The notes: generated by a model from the sequence alone, not told the origin. 64,000 nt of DNA from an actinobacterium SCGC AAA278-O22 (GCA_000372185.1 AQUA01000001.1:94055-158054), one strand, 5' to 3'. Positions 41,302 through 53,604 are shown, counted from the stretch's first letter. Made by a program: numbers and translations.

Positions 41302-43047
41302 ATGGCTGCCAATCGCGGTATCCAATACATTCCTGCAATCGATGGCCTTCGCGCCGTCGCTGTAATCGCTGTGATGTTCTATCACTTGGGATTTTCATGG
41401 ATTCCTGGCGGATTTCTTGGCGTTGATCTCTTCTTTGTTATTTCGGGCTATGTCATTACCCGACTTCTCTTAGATTCAATCGCACAAAGTGGAGGCCTCG
41501 ATCTTCGAGGTTTCTATATCGCTCGTGCACGTCGTCTCTTGCCCGCACTTATCTTCATGCTTGTATCTACAACAATCGCTATCGGTATCTGGGCACCTGA
41601 CACTATTAAGCGCCTGCTGACAGATACTCCGTTCTCACTCACTGGAACTATGAACTGGTGGCTGGTTGCACATCATCAGGATTACTTCGAAAGCATTGGC
41701 CGGCCTCCTCTTCTGCAACACACCTGGTCGCTCGCAGTTGAAGCTCAGTTCTACCTGGTCTGGCCGCTCATTCTCTACTTCATTCTTAAGCAATTTGGTA
41801 AGAAACATATCCCGATTGCATCTCTTGCAATCGCTGCGGCATCCGGAATCACTTTGCTCTTCGTTTCATTCTCACTCGATGCATCAAATGCATCAAAGGT
41901 AAGCCATGTCTACTTCGGAACTGACACTCACAGTATTGGCCTCTTCCTCGGTGCAGCTCTTGCAGTCAGTTGGATTCCCCAAAACTTCACTACGCAAGTT
42001 TCAAAGAAGGCACAAGATTTTATTGACGGGGTTGGATTTATTGGTTTCATTGGAATTCTTGCCGCATTTCTCTTTATTGATGAGACGCAACCAACTCTCT
42101 ATAAGATCGCATTCCCGCTTGCTGGTATTTGTGGTGCAGCAATCATTATGTCGGTGGTGCACCCGGCATCACGTTTTGCACCTGTGTTACAAAATCCAGT
42201 ATTTCTCTGGATCGGCGAGCGTTCTTACTCCATCTACTTGTGGCACTGGGTTATCTTCCAAGTAACGCGCCCTAGCGTTGATTTAGCAGGAAAAGAGTGG
42301 GCGCTTTATTCACTGCGCATCCTGATTGTTCTCGCTCTCAGTGATATCTCATTGCGATACATCGAACTTCCTGTGCGTAGAGGCGTAATTCAATATTGGG
42401 TGAAGGGTCTTAAGTATCGAACGAAGCGAGAACGCAATACTCAAACTCGCCTTCTAGGTCTCTTTACTGTTGTCGTCTTTCTCTTTGCAGCATCAGTCAG
42501 TATGCGTGCGATTGCAATCGCGACAGAACAACGAGAAAAGTTAGAAGCTTCTCTCGGTGCAACTACTTCGGTGGAAGTAAAGAAAGAGGTTGACGGTCTA
42601 TGGGTGACTGGAGACTCGGTCATCCTGGGCATCCGATCTAAACTAAGTGAGACACACCCAATTTCAGTGATGAACGCCCGCATTGGCAGGCAGGCGCCTG
42701 AACTCCTTTCTGTGATTCTTCACGATAAAGGGCAGGCCTCGCATTCAACTGTGATTTTTGATATCGGCAATAACAATGCACTTACTCGAGAACAGACAGT
42801 TGCAATATTCGAGGCGGTAAAAGATCAACCTAAAATCATCGCCGTAAATACAGCAGTTCCACGTCCTTGGCGCGAAGGAAATAACGCACTGATACAAGAG
42901 ATAGCTTCCCAGTATCCCAATGTGACGGTCATAGATTGGAACTCAATTTCCGAAGGTCATCCTGAATACTTTGCGCCGGATGGTGTTCATCTAGTGCCAG
43001 CTGGAGTCGATGTATACGTGGCAGAAATTCTTAAACACTTAGATTAG
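41302..43047 (+). CDS. acyltransferase-3/SGNH O-acetyltransferase (OatA-like)
   Basis: DGLRA, GVDLFFVISG, HTWSLAVEAQFY; SGNH domain with GDSV and DGVH. Confidence 0.88.
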   Translation: MAANRGIQYIPAIDGLRAVAVIAVMFYHLGFSWIPGGFLGVDLFFVISGYVITRLLLDSIAQSGGLDLRGFYIARARRLLPALIFMLVSTTIAIGIWAPDTIKRLLTDTPFSLTGTMNWWLVAHHQDYFESIGRPPLLQHTWSLAVEAQFYLVWPLILYFILKQFGKKHIPIASLAIAAASGITLLFVSFSLDASNASKVSHVYFGTDTHSIGLFLGAALAVSWIPQNFTTQVSKKAQDFIDGVGFIGFIGILAAFLFIDETQPTLYKIAFPLAGICGAAIIMSVVHPASRFAPVLQNPVFLWIGERSYSIYLWHWVIFQVTRPSVDLAGKEWALYSLRILIVLALSDISLRYIELPVRRGVIQYWVKGLKYRTKRERNTQTRLLGLFTVVVFLFAASVSMRAIAIATEQREKLEASLGATTSVEVKKEVDGLWVTGDSVILGIRSKLSETHPISVMNARIGRQAPELLSVILHDKGQASHSTVIFDIGNNNALTREQTVAIFEAVKDQPKIIAVNTAVPRPWREGNNALIQEIASQYPNVTVIDWNSISEGHPEYFAPDGVHLVPAGVDVYVAEILKHLD

Positions 43048-43070
43048 CTTTTAATTTTCTTTAGAAAAGA

Positions 43071-43103
43071 AAAAACCCCGCCCACGTGATGGACGGGGTT
43101 TTT
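43071..43103. terminator. bidirectional intrinsic terminator
   Basis: AAAAACCCCG...CGGGGTTTTT between convergent genes. Confidence 0.75.
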
Positions 43104-43112
43104 ACTAATTAC

Positions 43113-43943
43113 TTATTCGAACTGGCCAGCAAATCCGAATGCCTTGGCAACTCCAACTGAACCATCTGCATAAACTGCAGAGACTCGGAATGAAGTTGAT
43201 CCATCTTCAGATTTCTTAGCAAACTCTGCTGAAAGCGTTGTTGCTGAAACTTCAGAGACAACGTTCCATGTACCCATATTTGAGCGAGTTTCAACTTTGT
43301 AGCCCTTAACATCTCCAGCTGGTGCTTTCCATGTAATGACCATGACTGCCTTAGAGCTATCTTTCCAATTTCCGATAAAGCGTGATGGAGCTTCTCCTGT
43401 AGCAGCATCTGTAGCAGCAGGAGTTTCAGCAGCTGCTGATTCTGATGCCATTGGTTCTGCTGATGCCGAGATTGAAGGATCTGCAGCAGGTGCTGCATCA
43501 TCGTTCTCGCTCTTTGAATTTGAAATAACAATCGCACCGAGAAGTACAACGCCCACAAGGACAGCAAGAAGAGTCTTGCTTGATGAACCTTGGCGAGGAG
43601 CTGCAGATGGCGCAGCAGATTTAGCCGCTGTCTTTGGAGCAACTGGAGTTGTCGATACGTTGACGCGTGCAGATCCGGTTGCTGGAACTGGTGGAATAAC
43701 AACTTTGGCTGCAGATGACTTCTTCGCAGCTGACTTCTTTACCGCCTTTTTAGGTGCAGCCTTCTTAGTAGTTGTCTTCTTCTTAGCTACAGCTTTCTTA
43801 GCTACAGCTTTCTTGGCAACCTTCTTCTTCGCAACAGTCTTCTTTGCAGCTGCCTTCTTTGCAGGAGACTTCTTCGCTACAGACTTCTTGGCGACTTTCT
43901 TGGGTGCAGCCTTCTTGGCTGCGGACTTCTTCTTTACTGCCAC
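43113..43943 (-). CDS. histone H1-like repeat / single TM / fibronectin-III-like protein
   Basis: About 80 aa of KKxxA repeats, TM LLAVLVGVVLLGAIVIS, FN3-like ITWKAP...GYKVE...FRVSAV; SD AAGGAG before GTG. Confidence 0.75.
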   Translation of the reverse strand: MAVKKKSAAKKAAPKKVAKKSVAKKSPAKKAAAKKTVAKKKVAKKAVAKKAVAKKKTTTKKAAPKKAVKKSAAKKSSAAKVVIPPVPATGSARVNVSTTPVAPKTAAKSAAPSAAPRQGSSSKTLLAVLVGVVLLGAIVISNSKSENDDAAPAADPSISASAEPMASESAAAETPAATDAATGEAPSRFIGNWKDSSKAVMVITWKAPAGDVKGYKVETRSNMGTWNVVSEVSATTLSAEFAKKSEDGSTSFRVSAVYADGSVGVAKAFGFAGQFE

Positions 43944-43988
43944 GGTATATCTCCTTGAGTTATGTAACGGCGGAATATAGGTAAAAGT

Positions 43989-44606
43989 TTAACCTAGAGA
44001 TTTGAGCAAAGTGATCACATGGGGCGCTATTGCACGGAGTGATTTTCCGCGATGGCTTATTGCATCCTTCTCTTCTGCGCTCATTTGTGCGCTGGAGAGC
44101 TGTAATCCATCGGGGCGGAAGATTGGGTCGTAGCCAAATCCGAATTCGCCAATAGGGGTGTGCAGAATCCACCCATCAAAGTGAGCTTCTTCGCAATGGC
44201 TTCTTCCATCAGGAAGATAGAGAGCAGCCACACATGTGAAGTGAGCACTTCGCTTTTCATCGGGAACATCAACAAGTTGTGCAAGAACTTTCTCAGTATT
44301 TGCTGCATCATCACCATGAGCTCCGGCCCAGCGAGCTGAATAAATTCCTGGATCACCCCCGAGCGCATCAACACATAGCCCACTGTCATCTGCAATCGCA
44401 GGAATTCCTGTGGCAATAGACATCTCGCGTGCTTTCTTCAATGCATTCTCTTGAAATGTCTTGCCATCTTCGACCACATCATGAAGATTCGGAAATTGAT
44501 CAAGACCAACAAGATCAATCTCCCCCGGAGCTACGGCATCGAGGATACGTCGAAACTCTTCGATTTTTCCTTTATTGCGCGTCGCTAAGAGAAGCTGATG
44601 TGACAT
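43989..44606 (-). CDS. rdgB: non-canonical purine NTP pyrophosphatase
   Basis: ATRNKGK, ADDSGL, FGYDPIF, SHRG. Confidence 0.95.
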   Translation of the reverse strand: MSHQLLLATRNKGKIEEFRRILDAVAPGEIDLVGLDQFPNLHDVVEDGKTFQENALKKAREMSIATGIPAIADDSGLCVDALGGDPGIYSARWAGAHGDDAANTEKVLAQLVDVPDEKRSAHFTCVAALYLPDGRSHCEEAHFDGWILHTPIGEFGFGYDPIFRPDGLQLSSAQMSAEEKDAISHRGKSLRAIAPHVITLLKSLG

Positions 44607-45332
44607 TTACTTTGCTAGTGCTTGCTTCTGAAGTTCAGTCAGATTTGCACATCCAGCAACAGCCAAGTTGAGTAGAGAATCAAGAAGTGCGCGATCAAAG
44701 GGAGCCCCTTCTGCAGTTCCTTGTACTTCAATGAAACGACCGTGGCCAGAGCAGACAACGTTCATATCAGTTTCAGCTCGGACATCTTCTTCATAACAGA
44801 GATCGAGCATAGGAACTCCATCAATGATTCCAACGCTGATTGCAGCAACAGAATCTGCGAGTGGTTTTGCACTCGCTTTAATATGTCCCTGCTTTTGAGC
44901 CCAAGAAATTGCATCGGCGAGTGCGACATATGCACCTGTGATTGCAGCTGTACGTGTTCCACCATCGGCTTGGAGAACATCGCAATCGATCACGATTGTG
45001 TTTTCGCCAAGCTCTTTCATATCGACAATACCGCGTAATGATCGGCCAACGAGTCGAGAAATTTCCTGAGTACGCCCACCCAGTTTGCCCTTAACGCTTT
45101 CACGATCAGAACGTGTATGTGTGGCGCGCGGCAGCATTGCATATTCAGATGTGACCCAGCCATTACCTGAATCTTTGAGCCAACGTGGAACACCTGGTGT
45201 GAAAGATGCAACGCAGAGAACGCGAGTCTTTCCGAATTCAACGAGCACTGAGCCTTCGGCGTGATCGAGCCATCCGCGAGTTATCTTGATATCGCGAAGT
45301 TGATCTACTGCGCGTCCGTCATTGCGTGCCAT
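44607..45332 (-). CDS. rph: ribonuclease PH
   Basis: [23 protein letters not shown]; start at MARNDGR. Confidence 0.96.
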   Translation of the reverse strand: MARNDGRAVDQLRDIKITRGWLDHAEGSVLVEFGKTRVLCVASFTPGVPRWLKDSGNGWVTSEYAMLPRATHTRSDRESVKGKLGGRTQEISRLVGRSLRGIVDMKELGENTIVIDCDVLQADGGTRTAAITGAYVALADAISWAQKQGHIKASAKPLADSVAAISVGIIDGVPMLDLCYEEDVRAETDMNVVCSGHGRFIEVQGTAEGAPFDRALLDSLLNLAVAGCANLTELQKQALAK

Positions 45333-45366
45333 GTATTGCCCCATTTTCATCAGTAGTTCATTGCTA

Positions 45367-46164
45367 TTACAGATCGTGGTGTTGAACTGAACCTACTTCA
45401 GGTCCTAAGAAACGTCGAGCAAGTACCTCAAAAGCCTTTGCATCGCCGGTTGCCAAAAATTGGTGAGTTGCCGCAGCGCCAGAAGGCGTGCGCAGCAATG
45501 AGTTTTCAACCAGAACTCGATAGAGATCCTTTGCCGTCTCTTCAGCGCTGGAAACAAGTGAGACCCCATTGCCCATCACGTAGGAAATAACTCCGGTAAG
45601 CAGTGGGTAGTGAGTGCACCCCAAAACCAAGGTATCTATCTCTGCATCAATCATCGGTTGCAAATAATCACGGGCAATCTTGGTGATTTCTGGGCCCGAC
45701 GTTTCTCCGCGCTCGACATATTCAACAAAGAGAGGGCATGCGATAGATGAAATCTTCAATTGCGGCGCTGCTGCAAAGGCATCAAGGTAAGCCTGAGAAT
45801 CAATGGTTGCACGCGTTCCAATCACACCAACTTTTCCTGAGCGAGTAGCAGCAACTGCGCGACGTACGGCTGGCTGAATAACTTCAATAACAGGAACGGA
45901 ATAACGTTCACGTGCATCGCGTAACATGGCAGCACTTGCTGTGTTGCATGCAATCACAAGTGCTTTCACACCTTGGTCTACTAAGAAGTCGAGAGTTTCA
46001 AGTGCAAAGTCACGCACTTCTGCCAGCGGGCGAGGTCCATAAGGACCACGTGCTGTATCACCGATATAGAGCGTAGATTCGTTAGGGAGTTGATCCAGAA
46101 TAGCTCGAGCAACTGTTAATCCTCCGACGCCAGAATCGAAGATACCGATAGGCGCGTTACTCAT
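45367..46164 (-). CDS. murI: glutamate racemase
   Basis: DSGVGG, ACNTA, GCTHY. Confidence 0.96.
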   Translation of the reverse strand: MSNAPIGIFDSGVGGLTVARAILDQLPNESTLYIGDTARGPYGPRPLAEVRDFALETLDFLVDQGVKALVIACNTASAAMLRDARERYSVPVIEVIQPAVRRAVAATRSGKVGVIGTRATIDSQAYLDAFAAAPQLKISSIACPLFVEYVERGETSGPEITKIARDYLQPMIDAEIDTLVLGCTHYPLLTGVISYVMGNGVSLVSSAEETAKDLYRVLVENSLLRTPSGAAATHQFLATGDAKAFEVLARRFLGPEVGSVQHHDL

Positions 46165-46190
46165 GGCGCAAGTCTAACGGTGAGAAGGCG

Positions 46191-47416
<1,226 letters not shown>

Positions 47417-47460
47417 GGCTCAATTATGTCGAAAAAGCGCTGTGAACTCTAATCGAAGAG

Positions 47461-47877
47461 TCAATCGGTGATCGTGACCTCTTCTTCAGTCACAACTCCA
47501 TCTACGATGCGATACGAGCGAAACTCTGTTGCAGGTGCAATCTCTTTGCGAGTAGAGACCAATACATAATGTGCGCCTGGTTCGCCCGCATAGGCGATAT
47601 CTGTGCGTGATGGATAAGCCTCGGTTTCGGTATGTGAGTGATAAATGACGACAATCTCTTCATCATTGTCATCAGCCTCGCGATAGAGAGAAAGTAAATC
47701 TTTGGGATCAAATTCATAGAAAGTAGGTGAATGAGCTGCGTTAAGCATTGGCTTATGGCGTAACGCTTTACCTGACCCGATTGGTCCGAGTATTACTCCA
47801 CAACATTCATCGGGGTATTCAGCGCGAGATTGCTCAAGTATTGCATCAACAAATGTACGAGAAATCTCCAGCGTCAT
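47461..47877 (-). CDS. mec: JAMM/M67 metallopeptidase (CysO-cysteine peptidase)
   Basis: PDECCG and YHSHTETEAYPSRTD JAMM motif. Confidence 0.88.
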   Translation of the reverse strand: MTLEISRTFVDAILEQSRAEYPDECCGVILGPIGSGKALRHKPMLNAAHSPTFYEFDPKDLLSLYREADDNDEEIVVIYHSHTETEAYPSRTDIAYAGEPGAHYVLVSTRKEIAPATEFRSYRIVDGVVTEEEVTITD

Positions 47878-47889
47878 AGCGCAATCCTA

Positions 47890-48480
47890 TTATGAATTTC
47901 CTAGTTGAGTTTCTTCATCTTCATCCGCATCATCAATTAGTGCAGAAAGAAGTGTCTCTTGTAACCAGCCGAGCCAGGTATAAACAGCATAAACGCCACG
48001 TAGCGGATCATCAGGTGCAAGCAATTCAAGTTCTTCATGCGAATTGTTTTCAACTTTGAGACGCACTCCGAGCGCCAAGCGAATATCGTTGATTGCTCCC
48101 AGCCATGCATTTGCATTGTCGTGATCTAAATCAACAGTTCCATCATCTGAAGATTTGAGATGGATGCGCATCGAAATGGCGTGTGCCTGCTTTTTCTGAC
48201 GCAGCGTGGATTCGGTGTACCGGCGAAATTCCGAAGCATCTACTTGATCTGCGTAGGCGTTAGGCAATAAACGATGCAGAACCTCATCTTCAGGAGGTGA
48301 ATCATGAGAAGTAATACCTACCATCGCAGCAAGTGGGTCGTCGTTGCCATGATCTTGACGCTCTGCCAGCAGTTCAATGATCTGTTCGCAGAGATTGAGA
48401 AGTACCTCTTTCTCGCTTTCAGCAAATGTTGCGACATACGAATGGTCGCCGTGGCGCTTAAATCCTTCTGTGGCTGTCAT
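47890..48480 (-). CDS. DUF2017 family protein
   Basis: RLLPNAY...FRRYTE...[16 protein letters not shown]; directly after clpS with ATGA overlap. Confidence 0.85.
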   Translation of the reverse strand: MTATEGFKRHGDHSYVATFAESEKEVLLNLCEQIIELLAERQDHGNDDPLAAMVGITSHDSPPEDEVLHRLLPNAYADQVDASEFRRYTESTLRQKKQAHAISMRIHLKSSDDGTVDLDHDNANAWLGAINDIRLALGVRLKVENNSHEELELLAPDDPLRGVYAVYTWLGWLQETLLSALIDDADEDEETQLGNS

Positions 48481-48770
48481 AGTTGATCGCCGCGTTGCAG
48501 AGTTGCCCACAGCCCATATTCATGAAGGCGTGCCACATCGTGTTCCATCTCTTCGCGACTTCCTGTTGAAACTATCGCCTTACCTTCATTATGTACTTTT
48601 AACATTAACTCTGTCGCTCGCGCTTTGGAGTAGCCAAAGAGCTCCATAAAAACATATACAACATAGGTCTGCAGATTTACTGGGTCATCCCACACAATTG
48701 TGACCCACGGCGTATCACCAGAAAAGATTGCACGAATCTCTTCTTCGATTTTATCTGCAGTCTTTACCAT
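48477..48770 (-). CDS. clpS: Clp protease adaptor ClpS
   Basis: [27 protein letters not shown]. Confidence 0.93.
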   Translation of the reverse strand: MVKTADKIEEEIRAIFSGDTPWVTIVWDDPVNLQTYVVYVFMELFGYSKARATELMLKVHNEGKAIVSTGSREEMEHDVARLHEYGLWATLQRGDQL

Positions 48771-50527
48771 CACCGGATAATGATATTAAAGGTAGGGCTG
48801 GTGACAACGCTCCAGAGCGAATCTGCGGCAACTGTGACGCGGAATGAAATTACTCCACGTTGTTGCCCACCAATTGTCAGTGTGAAATTTCCTTGAGCAT
48901 CGGAGAGCACTGATAGATCAACTGGTTTCCACTCTTTACCAACGAGCTTTTCCAATTGCACGGCAGCTCCTGCTATTCGGGGGCGAATATTTCCAGTCAC
49001 TGTTGCTGAAGTTGATGCTTTCATAGTGCCAGGAGCGCTTACTACAAGAAGGCGATTGACGGTAATTGGGAATTCAGAACTTACGCCCTCTGTGCGTTCC
49101 CACGTTGCTTCAGAGTAGATGCGAACTGCAGTTGATTTACCTACCAATACAGCTTTCTCAATCTTTCCATCGGTACCTGTTGTGACCGTTGCAAGTGTGC
49201 GCCAATTGGTATCTCCAGCAGACTTTCCTTCAATCCGGACAGGGACTCCTGCTACTGGTGATTTATCTTTAATAGTAAATGTTGCGGTGACAGATATCGG
49301 ATTTCCGTAATCAATTGTTGTCTGATTGATTGCAGCAGTCACTGAAACTTGATCTGGTGCAATCGACTTTGCAACTTGGCGAATTGATTCCATCGCAAGT
49401 GGCTCTTCCATTCCGAATGTCCAAGCCGTAATTCCACCAATGCGATATTTAGTGACAAGTGCTGCACGCAGTGCCCACCCACGTGCATCTTGATACCACG
49501 CTGTGCGAGATGCCGTACATGATGTAGCAAGACCTGTTGCAGTGGTGCCGTTGTACACCTTCTGATAAGAAAATGTCATCTCACCAGATTTCTCGTCATA
49601 TGTGGGAACTGCGCCATATGTAGCAGCAAGAGCTACGGCATCACGCATAACGAAGGTTGCAGCTTTGGCACCAGGTTTAATCGCATTCACTACATTTGAA
49701 GGACACACACCTGTAACTGCAGTAACCCAATCTCGACCGTAACCAGGCACGCCAACAAAGACCTTTGATGCCGGCATAATGGAGATTGCATATTGGACTG
49801 TGCGTTCTGCCCACGTAATAGGCCCAAGAGGTCCCACTTTAGAAACTGAATAGTCATAGGTCATGATGCGAAGTTTGTCGATTGATGAGGCAATTGCTGC
49901 CCATGCATAGACGTAGTAACCCTTCTGTGCATCATTGGGATTTAACACATAGGGGCTCGATACCGAGAGCAACTTCTTCTCCGCATGAAGTGCCTCGCTG
50001 AGTTCTTTCACAAATGCAATCCATGATGGAGCTGTGCTCGTCCATGTTGTATTGCCATCAACGAATGCAAAGCCCTCAAAATCAAGGTCAATACCATCGT
50101 AATTATTGGTGCGAACAAGGTTCATGATTGAACTGACAATCTGAGTTCGCGATGTTGGGTTCTTCAGTAACCCTGCAAGAACTAATTTATCTGTGCCATC
50201 GGTAATGGTGGGAATGATGGATAAACCAGCATTGCGCATCGCAGTGAGTGGTTCAGAGATAGGAATACTTGGATTTGCAGGCGCATAGAGATCGGTGACC
50301 ACAGCAGCCTTTGCCTTGCCATCAAATTTCAAGGTATACCAAAATGGCATTACCTCTTTAATCAAATCTATATTGTTGAGAACATCGGGCAGAGCTGTCT
50401 TCATGGAGTAGTAAGGAACCCAACCTGTCATGATTTTGCGAGGCGGGTTATCGTCAGCTTGTGTGACAGGAATCCCTAAAGCCGAGATAAAGAAGATTGC
50501 GGCAAAGAATAAGGAGAGTTTCTTCAT
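48770..50527 (-). CDS. secreted glycoside hydrolase family 18 with C-terminal Ig-like domains
   Basis: Signal peptide; DGIDLDFE (DxDxE), MTYD, GVPGYG; beta-rich C-terminal domains. Confidence 0.85.
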   Translation of the reverse strand: MKKLSLFFAAIFFISALGIPVTQADDNPPRKIMTGWVPYYSMKTALPDVLNNIDLIKEVMPFWYTLKFDGKAKAAVVTDLYAPANPSIPISEPLTAMRNAGLSIIPTITDGTDKLVLAGLLKNPTSRTQIVSSIMNLVRTNNYDGIDLDFEGFAFVDGNTTWTSTAPSWIAFVKELSEALHAEKKLLSVSSPYVLNPNDAQKGYYVYAWAAIASSIDKLRIMTYDYSVSKVGPLGPITWAERTVQYAISIMPASKVFVGVPGYGRDWVTAVTGVCPSNVVNAIKPGAKAATFVMRDAVALAATYGAVPTYDEKSGEMTFSYQKVYNGTTATGLATSCTASRTAWYQDARGWALRAALVTKYRIGGITAWTFGMEEPLAMESIRQVAKSIAPDQVSVTAAINQTTIDYGNPISVTATFTIKDKSPVAGVPVRIEGKSAGDTNWRTLATVTTGTDGKIEKAVLVGKSTAVRIYSEATWERTEGVSSEFPITVNRLLVVSAPGTMKASTSATVTGNIRPRIAGAAVQLEKLVGKEWKPVDLSVLSDAQGNFTLTIGGQQRGVISFRVTVAADSLWSVVTSPTFNIIIR

Positions 50528-50529
50528 CC

Positions 50530-50853
50530 CTAATCCTGGCCCTCTGGCCCGTTGGGATTTCGGGACATGCGGTGAGAGAAAAATTCATATTCACGATTGA
50601 TAGAAAATACATGTAACACAATAGATATCGTCGCAATAAATTTAAGTACTAGTGGAACTGCAACCACAATAATGGAAAGGCTGACAAACATTCCCAGAAT
50701 ATTGATGGCTGCAAGAAATAACCTACGAAGCACAAGCACATATGTGGTGTCACTCAAATTCTTTGCCCATCGTGAAGTAATGAAGAGAGCAAGAGGACCT
50801 GAGAAAATGAGAAATGAGAGCAGAATTGTGGCGAAAAGAGCTAGCGATTCCAT
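50530..50853 (-). CDS. hypothetical membrane protein
   Basis: Three TM segments; SD GAGGAG upstream. Confidence 0.6.
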   Translation of the reverse strand: MESLALFATILLSFLIFSGPLALFITSRWAKNLSDTTYVLVLRRLFLAAINILGMFVSLSIIVVAVPLVLKFIATISIVLHVFSINREYEFFSHRMSRNPNGPEGQD

Positions 50854-50886
50854 AGAGCTCCTCTCGTGGTGATGCAGGTGGCTGCT

Positions 50887-51462
50887 TTAGTCAGCCAGCG
50901 GTTTCCAGGTTAAATCAGTCGTTGCAAAGAGTGCCATATCAATCTGCCGACCATCATCACGTGTGACCTTGTTGCGCAATATTCCTTCTTTTTGGTAGCC
51001 CGCACTTGTGAGAAGTTTCTGTGAAGCAAGGTTATCGACATCTGCCAAGCCATCAATACGGCGGAATCCGAGCGACCTCAATCCATAATCGGTAATCATC
51101 TTTGCCGCAATTGTTCCGATGCCTTTGCCACGCATCGATTTCTCCATCCAATAACCAATTTCTGCAGTGTGATTTTTGATGTTAATGGTGTGAAGTGAGA
51201 TAACTCCAGCGAACTTCACATCATTACCATTGCCATAATCAATAACAAAGCGAAGTTCACGGCGCTCTGCAAAGCTAAAAGGATCAGAGCGCACAAAATC
51301 AATCGCGTGATCCAAGGTGTAATTCGCTGGAATTGTAGTGAATGCTGGAATGAGTGGATCTTGGCAGGCGTTAAAAATTGCATCGATATCATTCTCAGAG
51401 CTTGGGCGAAGTGTGACAAGCCCGTATTGCAGCGTCGTAATCTCTGCTGGCCACCAAATCAT
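50887..51462 (-). CDS. GNAT acetyltransferase (RimJ/RimL family)
   Basis: EIGYW...RGKGIG, NLASQKL, GYQKEG. Confidence 0.88.
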   Translation of the reverse strand: MIWWPAEITTLQYGLVTLRPSSENDIDAIFNACQDPLIPAFTTIPANYTLDHAIDFVRSDPFSFAERRELRFVIDYGNGNDVKFAGVISLHTINIKNHTAEIGYWMEKSMRGKGIGTIAAKMITDYGLRSLGFRRIDGLADVDNLASQKLLTSAGYQKEGILRNKVTRDDGRQIDMALFATTDLTWKPLAD

Positions 51463-51468
51463 TGGGCG

Positions 51469-52392
51469 CTAGCCAACGAGTTCAGAATCGTGCTGGCGAG
51501 ATTGATCGTGTGTGCAGCTGAGGTTTGAAGGAAGCGATGCACATGAATCGCAGAGAAGGATGAGCTGGTGGCATGAGGCAGTGTTGCAGTTGCGGAAATC
51601 TTTAGTTGGCGCGCTGCACTTATCGCACTTGCCGATTACTTTCGCCTTTTCGGAGAAATCCATCGCCATGCGATCATCGAAGATATAGAGCGAACCTTCC
51701 CAGTTTGCTTCATCACCAAAGCGTTCGCCGTACTTCACAATTCCGCCATCGATTTGATAGACCTCATTAAAGCCACGCTTCTTCATTACCGCAGAGAGAA
51801 TTTCACAACGGATTCCGCCAGTGCAATATGTGACTACTGGCTTATCTTTGATGTGGTCATACTTGCCACTTTCAATTTCGCGAATGAAATCACGTGAAGT
51901 ATCTACATCGGGAACTATAGCGTTCTTAAATTTACCGATTTTCGCTTCGTAAGCATTGCGACCATCAAAGAAGACAACGTCATCGCCGCGCTCTTTGACG
52001 AGCTCTTCAACTTGCTCGGGGCGAAGGTGCACGCCTCCGCCAACGACGCCATTTTCATCTACTTGGATTTCATCAGGATTTCCAAATGCAACAAGTTCAT
52101 CTTTCACAACAACGTGAAGGCGTGGGAATTCTTTACCGGTTCCATCTGACCATTTAAAGACTGTCTTTTTAAATCCTTGATAGCGACGAGTTTCGCGCAC
52201 ATACTTCTTTACATTGGCCATTTCTCCACCAACCGTTCCGTTGATGCCATGCGTTGAAATCAGAATGCGCCCCTTGAGATTGAGAGATTCGCAGAGATTT
52301 TTCTGCCAGAGCAGCACAGCTTCAGGATCGGCGATTGGGGTAAATTTGTAATACAGAATCACCTTATTGAGCTTCGGGGCGTGCTTATTCAC
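51469..52392 (-). CDS. trhO: rhodanese-domain tRNA uridine(34) hydroxylase
   Basis: [34 protein letters not shown]-terminal Cys cluster. Confidence 0.85.
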   Translation of the reverse strand: MNKHAPKLNKVILYYKFTPIADPEAVLLWQKNLCESLNLKGRILISTHGINGTVGGEMANVKKYVRETRRYQGFKKTVFKWSDGTGKEFPRLHVVVKDELVAFGNPDEIQVDENGVVGGGVHLRPEQVEELVKERGDDVVFFDGRNAYEAKIGKFKNAIVPDVDTSRDFIREIESGKYDHIKDKPVVTYCTGGIRCEILSAVMKKRGFNEVYQIDGGIVKYGERFGDEANWEGSLYIFDDRMAMDFSEKAKVIGKCDKCSAPTKDFRNCNTASCHQLILLCDSCASLPSNLSCTHDQSRQHDSELVG

Positions 52393-52477
52393 TTGCTCAT
52401 TCTACTCCGCCTTTGGCGTCGTCAGAATTCGCTCAGTGAACAAGCACGCTCATTACAAGAACTGATAAAAGTTGCGA

Positions 52478-52497
52478 CTAGTTGAAAGTTCAACTAG
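52478..52497. promoter_or_regulatory. palindromic operator upstream of pirin
   Basis: CTAGTTGAA-ag-TTCAACTAG, perfect 9-bp arms. Confidence 0.6.
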
Positions 52498-52534
52498 ATT
52501 TACTTCACAGATTAATGAGCGATTCGGAGCCACC

Positions 52535-53593
52535 GTGCCAGCAGTAACCGTCAGTGATATCACCGTCCTTCCACGTATCAGCGATGCAACAGGTCTGCGT
52601 GCGAGACGTGTAAAGAGTGTGACGACGGCTCCGCAAGGTTTTGAAGGAGAAGGCTTTCCAGTTCGTCGTGCATTTGCCGGAGTTGATTTAGCAGAGCTCG
52701 ATCCATTTATTCACTTGGATCAAATGGGTGAAGTGGAATATGCGCCGGGAGAACCAAAGGGAACTCCATGGCATCCACATCGTGGTTTTGAAACTGTCAC
52801 ATACATTATCGATGGCATCTTCGATCATAAAGATTCCAATGGTGGTGGAGGAACAATCTCTAATGGAGATACCCAGTGGATGACTGCTGGTGGAGGAATT
52901 CTCCATATTGAAACTCCCCCAGAACATTTAGTGATGTCTGGGGGCTTATTCCACGGCTTCCAGTTGTGGGTCAACCTTCCTGCTGCAAAGAAGTGGTCTC
53001 CCCCTGCATATCAAGATGTTCGTGCAAATGATGTTGCACTACTCTCTTCCGCTGATGGTGGTTCACTCATTCGCATTATTGCTGGCGAGCTTGATGGACA
53101 CGTTGGACCTGGAACAACACAGACTCCTATTACTTTGATTCACGCAACAGTGGCACCTGGAGCAGAGCTTCGCCTTCCTTGGCGCAAGGATTACAACGCG
53201 CTCGTATATGCAATGTCAGGGCACGGTTTTGTTGGAGATGAACAACGCCCTGTATCAATGGGTCAGCTCACCGTCTTTGGAGACGGCGACACCATCGTTG
53301 TTCGTGCTGCAAATCAGCAAGAGTCACGTTCACCAAACCTCGAACTCTTTATTCTCGGTGGACAGCCAATCAAGGAACCTGTTGCATGGATGGGTCCATT
53401 CGTGATGAATACAAAGCGCGAAGTTCTACAAGCATTTGAAGATTTCCAGAAGGGACTTCTTGGTTCAATTCCTGCTATTTATAAGGAAGATGCCAAGAAG
53501 CCAATGCATCGCACAGATAAATTATCTGGAGATATTAAGGCTGCAGATATTCTCGATGTACATAACGCTCCCACCGATCTACAAGAGGGTTAA
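52535..53593 (+). CDS. pirin family protein
   Basis: DPFIHLDQMG, HPHRGFETVTY, GILHIE, QLWVNLP; start moved to GTG (VPAVTV) after GGAG. Confidence 0.92.
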   Translation: MPAVTVSDITVLPRISDATGLRARRVKSVTTAPQGFEGEGFPVRRAFAGVDLAELDPFIHLDQMGEVEYAPGEPKGTPWHPHRGFETVTYIIDGIFDHKDSNGGGGTISNGDTQWMTAGGGILHIETPPEHLVMSGGLFHGFQLWVNLPAAKKWSPPAYQDVRANDVALLSSADGGSLIRIIAGELDGHVGPGTTQTPITLIHATVAPGAELRLPWRKDYNALVYAMSGHGFVGDEQRPVSMGQLTVFGDGDTIVVRAANQQESRSPNLELFILGGQPIKEPVAWMGPFVMNTKREVLQAFEDFQKGLLGSIPAIYKEDAKKPMHRTDKLSGDIKAADILDVHNAPTDLQEG

Positions 53594-53604
53594 ATCCTCA
53601 AGAG

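Noticed and set aside
43336-43980. 214-aa plus-strand hydrophobic ORF with FFA repeats
   Set aside because: Mirror of the AAG/GCN repeats of the histone-like gene, which has the SD and terminator.
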